Positions 1-22,573 of a stretch of 64,000 nucleotides of DNA are shown here, piece after piece (position 1 is the first letter of the stretch; every line of letters begins with the position of its first letter). Position numbers and translations under genes: made by a program. The stretch comes from Chrysomallon squamiferum (Eukaryota > Animalia > Mollusca), in NCBI GenBank assembly GCA_012295275.1, contig CM022665.1:7316001-7380000 (forward strand). Direction: 5' to 3'. Below the pieces are notes generated by a model. That model was not told the DNA's origin, did no database searches, and saw nothing but the letters and a program-made list of their open reading frames with translations.

Positions 1-165
1 ATGTAAAAGTAATAGCAGCACTATACCAAAAAGATAACCAGAAACAAACAAATCCTTAACAGCAAGTAGCTCCTTAATATTACAATCATCAAAGTGATAT
101 TTTTTGGGGACACTTATGCGATTAATATAAAATAAAATGTGATAATATATTTTTAATGGTTCTAG

Positions 166-8513
<8,348 letters not shown>

Positions 8514-8897
8514 CAGTGAACTGCGAATACAACAGACGTCTGCAGAGATTACTCGCTATTATAACTACTCACTGTAGAAAACATTTATTTTGTCTGCGAA
8601 CTGCACATATATTTATGTTATGTGTCTAATTTTATTTACTGCTTAGATTTCTTATCCTAAGTCAAACAACTGTTTGATTATTCGTTGTGTATCTGCTTTA
8701 GTCAGAAACTTATGACTGATACATAGTAACATCTGAGATGTTAGACGAATATTTACTTATTATTATTATTATTTTGTATTTGTAATATTAGTACAAAATA
8801 GAATGATTAAGGTTTAAAAAAAAAAAATTATAAGCTGGATATTTTTGGAAATACTGTTCACCCACAAAAAAAAAAAAAAAAAAAAAATTAAAAAGAA

Positions 8898-8989
8898 ACA
8901 GCCCCTCCCCCAATATATCCCCCACAAAACAATAACAACACAACAGCCCCTCCCCCAATATATCCCCCACAAAACAATAACAACAACAA
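8898..8989. repeat. Two-copy tandem duplication of a ~46-bp unit
   Basis: ACAGCCCCTCCCCCAATATATCCCCCACAAAACAATAACAACA occurs twice head to tail. Confidence 0.85.
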
Positions 8990-9054
8990 ACAGCATACTG
9001 AACGGAGGAATTGTTCATTCACGAATGCTGTTACGGGTTTCACTCTTTGCTAGT

Positions 9055-9103
<49 letters not shown>

Positions 9104-9530
9104 AGTGTAATAACATTAGTATCATTTTTAAAAAATGTTATAGCTTCGACTGAATCGCAAGTTTGAAACTGAATATTTCGTCATTATTTATTATGCAGTA
9201 ATATGGTGAAAGACATATTTGTCGTTTAAATTACTAAATTACTGTACAAAACTGTGATCCATAACTTTTGTTTGTTAAACACAAAATTACACAATTTTTG
9301 ATGTTTTATGTAATTCAAGAACATTATTGTTCAATGTTTATCATGTCCGTAGAATAATATATTTTTCTTCTTGTCAGTGATTGATAATTATCCGTTGTTA
9401 AGTATTCTTGTGTATCACATTAAAATACTTCAACATGACCCCTAATGTGTTTCGTTCGACTCATTTACACTTCTACTACAAATGTAACTGATGTTGTACT
9501 TGCAAATATTTATGACGGTTAGCATTAACA

Positions 9531-10016
9531 TCATCGGTTTTTCTCTTCACGTTTTTTATGTTTTTTCTTTGGCCTTTTCTCAAACACTTTGAAATCTTTC
9601 ATATATTCCTTCATCCGCTTGTACTGCTTGTATTCCGTCCCAAGGACGTCGTCGTAGCCTTTAAGCTGCACGTGGTTGTCCCTGAAACGTAACCACATTC
9701 CCGTCACTCTCTTTCGACACCAAACAGAATTCAGAGAAACTATCCATCGGTTTTCAATCGGATCTCCTCCTTTAGGTCGAGCGATTAGTGCGTCTCGTGG
9801 AACGTATTCGATTGAAGTTACCTGAACTTCTGGGTAGGCAGACAGCACGTCCTTTTCGAACTGTTTCCAGATAAGTTCGTGCGTCATTTCCGCTCCCGGC
9901 AGTGTGAAGCACACTGCTGTTGGCTGTTCTTCTGGCGGGTTCATCTTCTTGGCGTAACCTTTGCTTTTTTTCGACAGCCGTTTTAGGACAGGATCTTGTG
10001 TTGGGTCCATCGCCAT
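9531..10016 (-). CDS. Uncharacterised protein/exon, copy A of the unnamed RRM-like domain (either a stand-alone 161-aa protein or an alternative last exon of the 11230-13039 gene)
   Basis: Clean 161-codon ORF with AAAATGG start context. Aligns end to end with 11230-11725 (DP.L..LSKKSK, PPE..P.AVCF, TH.L.WK.F..D.LS.Y.EV, DP.ENRW, RVTG, YDDV...EY.QY.RM). Splice acceptor TTTCTAG ends at 10049. Confidence 0.8.
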   Translation of the reverse strand: MAMDPTQDPVLKRLSKKSKGYAKKMNPPEEQPTAVCFTLPGAEMTHELIWKQFEKDVLSAYPEVQVTSIEYVPRDALIARPKGGDPIENRWIVSLNSVWCRKRVTGMWLRFRDNHVQLKGYDDVLGTEYKQYKRMKEYMKDFKVFEKRPKKKHKKREEKNR

Positions 10017-11229
10017 TTTTTTTTTTTCTCGCTCTCGCTACTTCAGCACTAGAAATATATCAACATATATTATTTTTGTAAGTTCAGTAAAATGTACTAA
10101 TTAGTTTTGAGTAAAAAAAATAAATAAAATAAAATAAAATAAAATAAAAAATAAAGAAATTAATAATAATAATAATAGCAAGATTTGTAATAGTGGTAGT
10201 TGTAGGAATAGATGTGATGTGTGTAGTAGCAGTAGTAGTAACCACAAAAATGTATGACATATTACGTTCATCACGTTGATCATGCTCACAAACACCATAC
10301 TTGTTATAGCATCATCTTTTAACTGTAAACTGAACTTGACGGTTGGACATGTTAAAAGACTTTTAAAACTTGTCATATGATACATAAAAAGATGAAAAGT
10401 AATAATAATAAAACAAAATATGAAATATAAAATTTTAAATTTAAAATACTTTAATAACAACGAAAGAGAAAGAAAAGAAATAAGAAGATGAAGAAGAAGA
10501 AGAAGACAAAGAAGAAAAAGATGGATAAAAAACAAACACAGTTTGCGGTTTCATTCGCAATTTCATTCGTAATTATTTATTAAGTGAAAAACACGGGATC
10601 TGTTACATACGTGAGATCCAAATCATATTTCAACTATATGATTATATCTGCAGACAAAAAAAAAAAGAAAAAAAAATAGTGCGTTACATGTATTTAAACA
10701 ATTGCTGTATAACCTCATCACAACAGTGAAATGAATAAGAGCTTAATAACGAACACCCTACACACTAACGAAAACCAGAATATCTGTATAATTATAATTA
10801 ACACATGTATTTTGGATACATCACTGAAAAATTTTGTTGTTTTCTGTCACCAAAACTTTATGAAATCGTATGCTAAGAACTTTAGCTCCTCGTTTCATTT
10901 TACTACGTCTATTAATTAAAGTGATATTTGTTTTCTTGAAGGTAAAATATAAACTAAATAACATACATTAAAAATCGGAAATAATAATCACACGAGAGGC
11001 ATTAATGAATTGTATTTAATTTCAAGAAAAATCAAGATTTACAAACTATAACGTTTTACATCTATCATATATCTGCAAAAGAATGTTAGCAAAGGATGTG
11101 AAATGTTAACTGGCTAAACTTACAATATCACAGATCAAACAACTTCAACTCCCAGCCTATATGTGTGTTTGTGCGCGCGCGCATGCATATGTATGTAAAA
11201 CAAGTTCAAACCGTGTCCAGCTTCATTCA

Positions 11230-11953
11230 TTAGCTTTTTTTCTGTTTGATCATTTTCATCATATCTGTCATTCGTGTGTATTGGCGATATTCCAAATTGA
11301 CGACGTCATCGTAACGACGAAGTTGAGTCGTGAAGTCCCCGAAACGAATTTCCGCTCCCGTAACCCGAGTTCGGTACCATTCGTTTGTTAACGTGATCAC
11401 CCATCGGTTTTCCACTGGGTCTGCGTTTTTCAGTCTCGGAACAAATATTGATCTGGGTACGAACTGGATGGATTCAACTTTAACTTCGTCGTATTCTGAG
11501 AGAATGTCTCGCTGAAACGATTTCCACACGAGCAGATGTGTCAAGTGCGCGCCCACTATGCTGAAACAAACTGCTTTCGGTTTCATTTCTGGTGGGTGAG
11601 CTTGCACCATGACATTTTTAGATTTCTTGGAAAGTTTTCTCAACATCGGGTCTTTCATAAGATCAAGTTTGGGCACTGTCATGTACGTCAGTCTTGCGTT
11701 ACGTGTCTTTTCCTCTGACTTTTTCCTAAATAAATGAATAATAATAATAAAAAAAAATAGACAGGCAGACATACATACTAATAGATAGATAAATAGATAG
11801 ATAGATAGATAGATAGATAGACAGAGATAGATGTTATATAATCTCAACACTTTTAAACTGCAGTTATAAGTAAGCAGAGATTAACAAATCAATGACTTGT
11901 TATATAAGGACAAACATAAAGAAATCTTTTAAAATAAGCAAAGCTAAATTAGA

Positions 11954-11999
<46 letters not shown>

Positions 12000-12009
12000 A
12001 ATAATAAAT

Positions 12010-12092
<83 letters not shown>

Positions 12093-13039
12093 TTCACTTA
12101 CTTAATTTTCTTCTTTTTCTTCTCGGGTTTCCTCCAGCCAAGTAAATATAACTTTTCTTTGACATCATCAGGACATTTAAGGAAAAGTTTCTTTTTTGAA
12201 ATCATGGCTGTCTGCGTGGCCTGAGAATCATCCCCCTTTCGCTGTTCACCATTTTCTTCGTTATTGGCTTGTTCTGCATTCGCAGCACCGTCTTCTTTTT
12301 CTCCATCCTTTTTCTGGTTTGTTTCAGTGTCATCTTCATTTTCTGGCTCTTTTATGTCAAAGTGAACGGACGGTCTAGTTGCATTCTCGCTCGAGTCAGG
12401 GCGATATTTAGTCCGATAGTCTGTTATTGGAGTCAGGAACGGTGAGCTTACTTTCTCCGCCAGTATTGGTGCGGACGAAGGTAACAGATGGTTTCGATCT
12501 GAACCTTGGTCTGGAGTGACAGAATACTCTATTAAAGGCTTCACTAAGATTTGTCTCTGGCTGGCCGTTCGACGCCAGGGAGAAAAAGCTCTGTCTTTTG
12601 TTTCACCAGTGAACAGATTTGTGTACGTTTTCTGCCTCTGGTATGAGATGCCCACTGGTTTGATCAACATCGGTGAGGACGTCCTCCACTTGGCGACAGC
12701 ATCTCTCGTCCACAGACTTTTTGGCCTCCAAGCTGGCAATATCTGTGCCGTGTATCCGGCCATTTGCATTCTTTGTTTTTGAAAAGGGGTAACCTCATGA
12801 TCAGTTTCGATCGTTGACACTTGGGTTTCGATTTTGCCACCCACTGAAACTGGGCGATTATAATCCCGCGCATACTGCGGATCGCTGTGGATCGGCTGAG
12901 GGGTAGTGGCTCTTAAAAACCCAGCGTTAGAGACCTGTTCACCTTGTTGTGTATTTTCACCTTCTTGTTCGCCTACATTTTCGCTGAAGTTTCTCTCCAC
13001 TAAAGTGTTCAGAATCTGACACTGACTGAGCGTGGGCAT
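11230..13039 (-). CDS. Uncharacterised two-exon protein: long low-complexity N-terminus plus C-terminal copy B of the unnamed RRM-like domain
   Basis: Exon 13039-12102 (ATG MPTLSQ...KKKI, AA|GTAAGT) joins in phase 2 to exon 11725-11230 (TTTAG|G, KKSEEKTRNARL...KQKKS*). The intron is mostly (AAT)n and (GATA)n. Confidence 0.8.
11956..12091. repeat. (AAT)n microsatellite, interrupted
   Basis: Long AAT run inside the intron. Similar runs at ~3800-3869, 14891-15020, 18038-18128 and 62660-62710. Confidence 0.95.
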
Positions 13040-13959
13040 TTTCAACAATAATATTTATCCTTCGGTTATCAGAAGAATTTAGAAAATGCATCCGGGTTAT
13101 TCGTGCCACTTATCCCGTTGCATTTAAAGATGTTCTATCGGTAAAATTTGAAAACTCAAACCATGCAAATGAGAAGTGAATCGCAAAAGTTGCTTGGCGT
13201 GCGCGACTGTTTAAACTAAATGAAATTTGTTTCACCTTTGGTACTGCCGGTACGTGGAATCTGACAGTAATTTCACGCTAAGTTAATTAACTTCAGCGTC
13301 ATTTCATTACTTATTGATGAATCACTAGACTGGTTCGTTAAAAGGTTATAAGTTTACTCTAAGGGAAACTGAGGCACGTGGTATCAGTGATTTTCAATAT
13401 TTTATAATTCACAGATGATCATTTTCATTGTTACGTTATCAGTGTTTCCTAACTGAAACGATTTTACACTGGCGTTAAAAATGTCCAAGAACATTAATTT
13501 TACTTATATAGAAATACATGTGATGTGATAGTAAGTTTCTGGAATATGTTTTTTATTTTTTTATTTTTTTATTTATTGATTTAATGGTTTAATAAGGTAA
13601 TCTAATTATCTTTAGTACAGAAAAAAAAAAATAATAATAATAATAAAAAAATAAATAATACAGTAATGAAAGTCCTTTAATTCGATATTTTAGGTAGAAA
13701 CTGGTTCTGAGGAATCAATAACAAATTTAGCATTCTCTACAAATTCAACCTCACTGGCCTGTTGTACAAAAACTGTTTTCAGATTAAAAACGTCAACGAC
13801 AACTGAAGTTCAGTAAATTCAAGGAGCTGTCACATTAGCTACTAAATAAAGAAACAAATTTACAAATTTACAAATACTAATTGTATTTCTACTGATAGAG
13901 AAATGTTTGCACTTCAAACTGATTTATGAAACTTAAATACAAATGTTTAAGATTCAAAC

Positions 13960-14079
<120 letters not shown>

Positions 14080-14887
14080 AACCGACATGACAAGTGAGAT
14101 ACATACATACAAATGTATATATTTACACTGGTCATGTATTCAGGTTTAATGAGAATACGTGTGTTTTGGGGCATGCTATTCAGGCACGCCTGTCGTGTAC
14201 ACAGCCTCTGACGGAACTTTCTGTCCAAGACAGGAAGTGTCCTGAGCCAAAATTTTGCTCTACTCTCTCTAACCTAGCGATATTAATGTAGTTGGAGCTA
14301 AAGTCTGTATAACCTTGTAAGGTGAAGCTGACGGACCCACACACATCCCCCAAGATACAAAAAAAAAAAAAAAAAAAAAAAAAAAAGGAGAAAAAATTAT
14401 AAATGGAAAAAAACACCGACTACGTAGAAATTTCCATGATTTGAAAATAATTACAATGAAACAAAATTAAATTAATAACAATGTAAGAAACCGTATCGCG
14501 CTTGTTAATAAACCTGTTATAAAAATTTAAAAAGAAATTGCTACGAAGTCTCGGTTCTGATTTATTTTGTTCAATTTTCGGTTTATAATCAGTAACAGCA
14601 AACACATTTTTAACCAAACGATAAGTCTGAATGTTAACTTTATTCAGTTATTTTTAGAATTCTGTTATTAAAGTACTGATAAGCGAACAGGTGTCAGAAT
14701 GTATATATCAAAGATAAACTGATGGCCTACAATTATGATATATTGCTAATAAAAGCCAAAACCATTTTGTTCACGATATCGCGAAAGAACATATGTTGGT
14801 CTTTTTTTTAAAATAGTTGTAAAAAAAATACTTGCACTTACTTATGAAAAAATATAGGAAAAATATGTACAATATATTAAACTGCTG

Positions 14888-14936
<49 letters not shown>

Positions 14937-15551
14937 AATAATAATAACAATAACAACAGCAACAACAACAATAATAATAACAACAATAATAATAATAATA
15001 ATAATAATAACAACAACAATAAGAAGAAGAAGAAAGAAAAGAAAGAATAAATAAAGAAATATATAAATAAATATTTTTTAAATAACACGATTAAACCAAT
15101 TTATTTGATATCGTTATTCCAAAGTTATTTTGAAACCAGATCAGATCTAAACACAACTTAAGATTTCCCCTGTGTTGACTTAAGATTCTCCTGTGCTGAA
15201 CAAAAGAAATCAATAACGTCTTCCTTCAGATTACCGTAAACAATTAATAATAAATATTTTAATTAAGCGAAATTAAGAGTGGTTTCGCACTACCCATTGA
15301 CCCTGTTAAAAAAACAAAGGTAAATTGTGCTGGCATGCACGATATCGTGTACAGTCAATGCATATGGAACGACATGCTCCTGGAAAAAAAATACGTTTTT
15401 AATCCGTTGCCATTGGTTGCAGCTATTGAGTAGACTGACAGCGTTGTACATATAATGTACGTGTTTCCGGTTGCTTTCACAAACTGGAATTGTTCATGAT
15501 AGCTGTGATGTACAGATGTCTTGTCCTTTCTCCACAAAATTCATAAACACT

Positions 15552-15635
<84 letters not shown>

Positions 15636-15705
15636 GAAATGAAACATTTAAAGACATTAATGTTATAAAAAAAAAAAAAACAAACAAAAAAAATAAAATA
15701 AATAA

Positions 15706-15740
<35 letters not shown>

Positions 15741-17202
15741 CTCGGCTAAATTAGGCACACGAAAAGGAACATGCTGTAAAGTAAATGGTCATTAGCTTTG
15801 ATTGTACAAAGTTTAACATAAAAGGAGAACTTTTAAATAAACAAAATTATCGCAGGAATATAATTAGAAAGTTATAATAACTGGACCGGTTTTTTTTTTT
15901 TCTTAATTATTGTTCTTGGTAGCCTTTTCGGTTTAAAGAAGTTACTACTATTTCAACAGCTACTATTTCTACTGCTATTACTGCTACTACTACTACTACT
16001 ACTACTAATAATAATAATCAGCTATGCAAGGGCAGAAGCAAAATTTCTGGAAAGTGGGGCTGTCATCACTTTAGCTTTAAATTTTAAAAATATAATAAAG
16101 AATAAATAAAGAATGGCCTAACAGAATATTTGTCGTCTCGGAGGCTCGCTTGATATGAGCCTTTGGGATTAGTGACCACTATAAATTACATTTTAAATTA
16201 CAGTATTTAATTATATTTGACGTAATATACCGATAAATATTATTTGTGACGTCAAATAATCTTTGTCGGCGCTTAATTATAAAATTACAATAAACAAAGA
16301 TGACCACGGATCAAGAAAGAGAAAAATTTAAAAAGAAATTTTTCTGTAACGGTAAAAAGGTAATATACTGAACGTTATCACTGACATAGACAGTTTATTA
16401 GTGGCATTGCACTACTCGTTATACAGGGTGGGATTTAGATTCAGAGTTGGCCGAGTTACGATCAGGTTAAACCGTCTTAATTTCGGACACTTTCTTGCAG
16501 AAAATACAGTGATTTGATTCAGACACATTTTTTTTTTTTAGGTTATTGTCTCCATTTATGTAGTTCACCAGTTATTACTACAGTAGTCATGTGTTGTCCA
16601 AAGCAAGTAAAAAAAAAAAAAGAAGAAGAAAGAACTATACATTTAAATTAAATTAACAGCATTACAGCTACATTATGCAAATGTGTTTGAAAAACTCGCT
16701 TATAAAGATGAACTTGAAACAAATCCTGATAACGATTGGTACCGACTGAAAAGTAGACCAGATACCAGATCAGAAAAGAGAAGATTAATAAAAATATAAG
16801 CTCAGGAAAGCGAATACAAAACCGTATTTCCCCTTTGAGATGATTACAAACGTATTTATTATATTATATACAATTCCTACATACTTAGAGATAAAAATAT
16901 ATTGTACGGTAAATATTAGTTAAAGATTCTGGCTTTTGTAAAAAAAAGTGTTCTTACTGGAAAATGTATTTTACTCTTAACTCACCTTCAGCTTGACTCG
17001 TTGAAATTTCACTTTCTTCTCTTGTAGTCTTTGCTTAGTAGTGAGACAACTGTCTCTTCATGCTAGATGTATGCACATACTAATTAAATTTGCCTCGTCT
17101 CGTCAACGATCGAGATAACAACTCAAATTACAGTAATATGTCTTCATTTATAATTAATGCTTTTAGCTAAAAATAACCACTGCATGAATTGCGAGTCAGA
17201 AT

Positions 17203-17215
17203 GTTGCCCAGTAAC
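17203..17215. promoter_or_regulatory. Candidate RFX X-box
   Basis: GTTGCCCAGTAAC matches the 13-bp GTTRC-N3-GYAAC RFX palindrome. It lies between the divergent unnamed-domain genes, ~220 bp upstream of a strong minus-strand donor (AAG|GTGAGT at 16986). Confidence 0.35.
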
Positions 17216-18047
17216 CAGAGATGTGATTATGGCAGACAGCACTGAATTAATAAATATTTGCAGAAAAAGCTTTGTGCTTCTATATATATATATATACTTA
17301 AATGTATTTAAGTTTTAAAAATATTTAAGTTTTGTTTTGTTGCTGAAAATATTTTTTGTGTTCGATTTACGTGGAGTTAAATTATATGCGGCATTAAGTC
17401 ATGTCTCAGTTAGCAGTTGACCAGAACATTTTGCTTATGTGATGCTTCGATTATTATATTCTCTTTAACTGCCGGGTAAAAATATTCGTTTCATATTATA
17501 TTGTTTAGCATCTCAAAACTGACAAAAACAAGAGACAGTTGTTGTTTGTTTGTTTGTTTGTTTTGTGTGTGTATGTGTGTGTGTGTGCGCGCGTGCAGAA
17601 CTCTAGAATGAAAACAAAGTTATTTTCTTATTTTTTATTTCATTTGTTATTTTAATTTTTTAAACTTTATTTACAAGTAAATTTAAAATAATGACATCAG
17701 TTTTCATGTCAAAATTTGAAATTTGTAATTATAGTGTAATTTTATGGTTCAGGTAAGTAGGGACAGTTAAAAATAAAATCATAAGGCATGATATATAAAA
17801 TATACAGACCAGCAGGAACAAAACAACATATGAAAACATATGCCCCTGATATGATGGCAAACCAAAATGTCTGCAATATTATTGTTGTGATTAGCTCTGT
17901 TTCAAATGCTTTGTACTCTGATGTCATTTTTCTTAAAATTGTGTGAAAGTGTAAATAGGAGGATTATACTTTCAGACAGTGATATGCTATATCACAGTAG
18001 GTAAATTCTGTTACGAATTTCTCACTACCACAGAAACTAATAGTAAC

Positions 18048-18090
<43 letters not shown>

Positions 18091-18122
18091 CTACTACTAC
18101 TACTAATAATAATAATAATAAT

Positions 18123-18200
<78 letters not shown>

Positions 18201-19689
18201 CTTACCTAATACAACTAGTGTAAGGGATTCATGCAGTGATAATCTGAAAATGTCAATACTAACACCGTTTCTCTATAATCAACAATCTCTAAAATATTAA
18301 TTAATCCATGTGACCTGAAGTGGAATAAACCTTACACAGACTGTCTACAAGAGCTGTTAAGTGTTGAATTCCACCCACCCCCTCCAGAAAAAAGCTTTAG
18401 TAGGGCTGATATTAAGGATTATATGTAATTGTTTCTGTCAGATTTAAACACGTCTTGTTGTAAAACTTTTCTTTTTGTTCTTTGATACACTGGAATAATT
18501 TTTCTTCAAGCGAACAAAAAAAAAAAAAAAAAAAAAAAAATAAATAAATAAATAAATAAAAAAAAAAAAAATAATAAAAAAAAAAAAAAATTAACTACCG
18601 AGCTGTTAGGTTTGAGCTGAAGTATAGAATAGGAAAGAATGAACTGAAGAAAAATAATCCATGAGCCCTGTAAGTGCTAGCAGATTAATTTTTCTAGTTC
18701 ACCGTGGCTCTTAAATACAATGCTGAAAAGAAAAATTGCTCCTTGCACAGAATATTACCGACTTCACGTGTTTAGTGTATGTGTGTGTGTGTAGACAAAG
18801 TAACAAAACCGACAATGAATTAACTACGAATTCTATTGCATTCCTGTGTAACATAATTTAGCACTTAGACACATTGTGACAAAAGACCGGTTTTAGTTAC
18901 TTTTTTCAGCATAATGTTAGAACACAGTCTACCTAGGAATAATAGATAGTATAGTTTAAGAAAGGAAAATTCCTTTTCTTAAGCATCTCTCGGTTTCACT
19001 TTGTTATCATATATTTCTATCTGCAAGTTATGACGTGAAGAAACAAATAAAATGATTTCTTGAAAAGGTTTTAGGCTTTCTGTATCAGAACAGTTAAGCT
19101 TTAAAATGCGAATATACACCAACCGTTGTGTCCGGCCTTGCGTGTTCGCGCATGCGCGCAACTGTTCAAAACGAAAATAGGTTCATCTGATGCCGATTAT
19201 TTTAAAGTACTTGAATTATTTCTCATGTGAAGGATACAAATGTAATTGATAAAGCTCCCTATTGATATCAACAAATATAAACTGTATTATTTGTTAGTTT
19301 TCCCAGGGGATTCATAAATTAAAAAAAAAAAAAAAAAAGTATTTATTATTTTTTTTTTTTTTTTTTTATTATATATTTTTTTAAATTTAATTTAATTTTT
19401 TTTAAATTTATTTATTTATTTTTATTATTATTATTTTTTAATGTTTTACTTTCTCTTTCAAGATTCTGTTGAGTGTCGCTAAACTAGTTAATTCGTCTGG
19501 TCTGAGCCGTAGGGGAAAATATTTCAAATAAATACTATAACTGTTGTGATACGATAATAACTATGTTTAAAGAATAAGGATTTCAGGTGATGTAATTAGG
19601 ATTAAACTTGGCTGAAGTGAAATTCCTTCAAAACAAAAACTCACTTAGTGACAAACATTTACACTCTCAAGACAAGACATAAAAGAAAT

Positions 19690-21288
19690 ATGGCCAGTAT
19701 TCTGGTACGTTGTTTTCATTATTTGGTTTTAACTAGTTTCACTGTAGGCTTGGTCTTTTAAGTTGTTGCTGACTTTGTGCTGAGGTGTTTTATTCTTACA
19801 TTTTCTTTATCTTAACGAAATTAAAGAATATATATATATAATATGTATGTATATGTCTATATATGTTATTGAGATATTTATTTCACAAACGTCAAACATT
19901 TCAGATTTTGACATCAGGCCAGACACCGATTGCACTAGAAGCAGACAACAAAAGTTTACAGATAGACAGCTTTCCTCTGACGGTTTCAAGAGTGACCAAA
20001 CCCAGAGATTTACCATCACTTTCCACTTTCAGCAAAAAACCTTCCGAAATTAATCATTCCTACCACCTCGATTACAGTCATCGTGATGGCGGGGATAGAA
20101 ATTTTCTGCCTCTAAAAACGTACAAACTGCAGTGTTTGCCACATTCTTTGGAGACTCGCTCTTTTCAAAAGTGCCACAGTCCAGGACAACAACATTCTGG
20201 CAGAAGAAATTCTGAAGGATCAGCGTCGGACAAAAGCACGCCGAAAGACTATGACTTTCAAAATGAATCTAAAACGAGTGTGCCTGACTACAGAGAACTT
20301 TCGCATTTTGGAGTTACTGCGTCTTCGTGCAAAGAAGAGGAGATGGTCAAGAATCTTCACTGTAATGTCGACAGAGACGAGTCTGTTCATTTTAATTCGT
20401 CAAACGAACAGACAATGAAAGCTCCAAGGAAATTAATTGTTTCTCTTTTAGATGGCAGTTTTTCAATGCACGAGCAGACGTCTCCACCAGAAACACTAAA
20501 CAGAAGAAAAAGCGAAAATAGAAGGTAAACGACTAAAAATAGTTTTCGTTACTGATTCTTTATTATTATTAGAATTTATTATTATTATTGTTATTAATAT
20601 TATTATTATTGTTGTTATTATTGTTATACTTGATTTTTTTTTTTAAATAATAAATAAATTAATTAATTAATTAATTTAGAAACAAACTTTCATCAAATCA
20701 TCTGTTTAGAAAATTACAACTAATTGTTTATTTTAATATTTCAGTTCTTTGTCGTCGCAGCAAAATCAGAAGAGTGAAAAAAACGTTAGCCAGAAAAAAA
20801 AGAATACCAGCTTGGGCCGTCCCAAATCTCTCCATAAGTACGTTTTCGTATCGGTCGTGTGAACGTGCGTGCGAGCGTGTGTGCGTGTTTGTTTCTTCAA
20901 AAGATGACATAGAGTAAGTAAGTTGTAAAGAATTTACAAATCAAAGCAAGTGCAAAACACATGATAGAAATACTTATTTGGATTGCTCGTTCGCCGATTA
21001 ACTAGCGAATATCAAAATTTTAATATTATGTTTAAAATCAGTTAATACGGCTATTATTGTATTTAAGGAATTTTAACAGTACATCCTTGATATAGAAAAA
21101 ATATCAAATAAGAAACAGAACAGCCGAATTTATTATCTTTTCTTATCTTATCAAGAATTGTAATTGCGAATTATTCATATAATAATTGTGTTATTTATAA
21201 TTAGTGAACTGTCTTTTCAAAAGGTGCATACAACTTTTTAGTCTACTTTTAAAATTTTATTTCATTTTATTGCTTTTTTTTATTTACT

Positions 21289-21321
<33 letters not shown>

Positions 21322-21898
21322 TTTCCCTTTGTTGTTGATGACTAACGTATTCACTGACTATCATGTAAAACACTTAACATTCGTGTCCTGAAAAATACCT
21401 TGATATGAACATTTTCCAGTTTTCGACGAACACCTAATTCAGAACATGTCCACGAACAGCCACGGTGGTTAATGTTGAAACAAAGTTTATGGAACCCAGA
21501 CTTGAGCATTCCAAAGCCACCAAAACCACAGCGTATTCGTCTTCAGGATTTCTTTCCTCAAAACTTTGATATTCTTTCAGTGATGACACAAATCAATTTA
21601 CCAAATTCAAAGTTGACACGAAACCCACGGCTGAAAAGACAGTATGTTGGGTAACTGACAAAATTATAATGGCTCCGCACGTTCTTCGTTTGCACTTCAC
21701 GTGCCTCGAATCCAACAGTTTTAGTTTTGACTACATTTTCATATGCAGACAAAACAAAGCAGAAGTGTTTTCGCAACATACTAAAACTTCTTATAGGCAA
21801 ATTCGTGGAAAGAATTAAATAATAATAATAACAATAATAATAATAATTATAATAATAAGTATACATAATCTTCTTTTTCTTCTTCTTAGTCTTCTTCA

Positions 21899-21938
<40 letters not shown>

Positions 21939-22541
21939 AACAGTATCTGAAATGGGATAGTAACAATTAATTGTGTTATAGCCAAAACATGAATAAAATC
22001 TGCGAACATGAATGAAATAAATTGATTCACAAATGCTGGGCCAGTTCACACACGTAGAAAGGCCGACATTTCAAAAGTTTAAGTCAGTGTAGGTTTTTCT
22101 TATCATATTTATTTCACAGAAAAAAAAAAAAAATAAAGAGTTTTCTAAGAGATAACCGACAAATAATTGAATAAATATCGTAAATAAACTGATACATATT
22201 TTAAAGAAATGTTCGTCGTCGGAGACAGATTTAGCTTTAGCGTGCACGTCACCCTTTTTCCATACTCGACTAAAAATTTATATATGCACATATATTTGTG
22301 TGCGTATGTGTATGTGTGTATGTGTATATGTAAATGTGAGTATATTTATGTAATTATGTGTATGTTACATGTATTTTTCTTGATTATAAAGTTTTCAGTT
22401 CTTGTGCATTATATTATTTCTACAGAGGCGATTCTGAGCGCTTTGTCAAAAACAGTTTTTGTTTTTCAGGTTTTGTAGATCTATATTTAACAACAAAATT
22501 ATCACACATTTCTTTCTTGCTTTATCATTATATCATAGATG

Positions 22542-22573
<32 letters not shown>

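Noticed and set aside
8898-8989. CRISPR-like repeat
   Set aside because: Only two adjacent copies with no spacers, in eukaryotic DNA; a simple tandem duplication.
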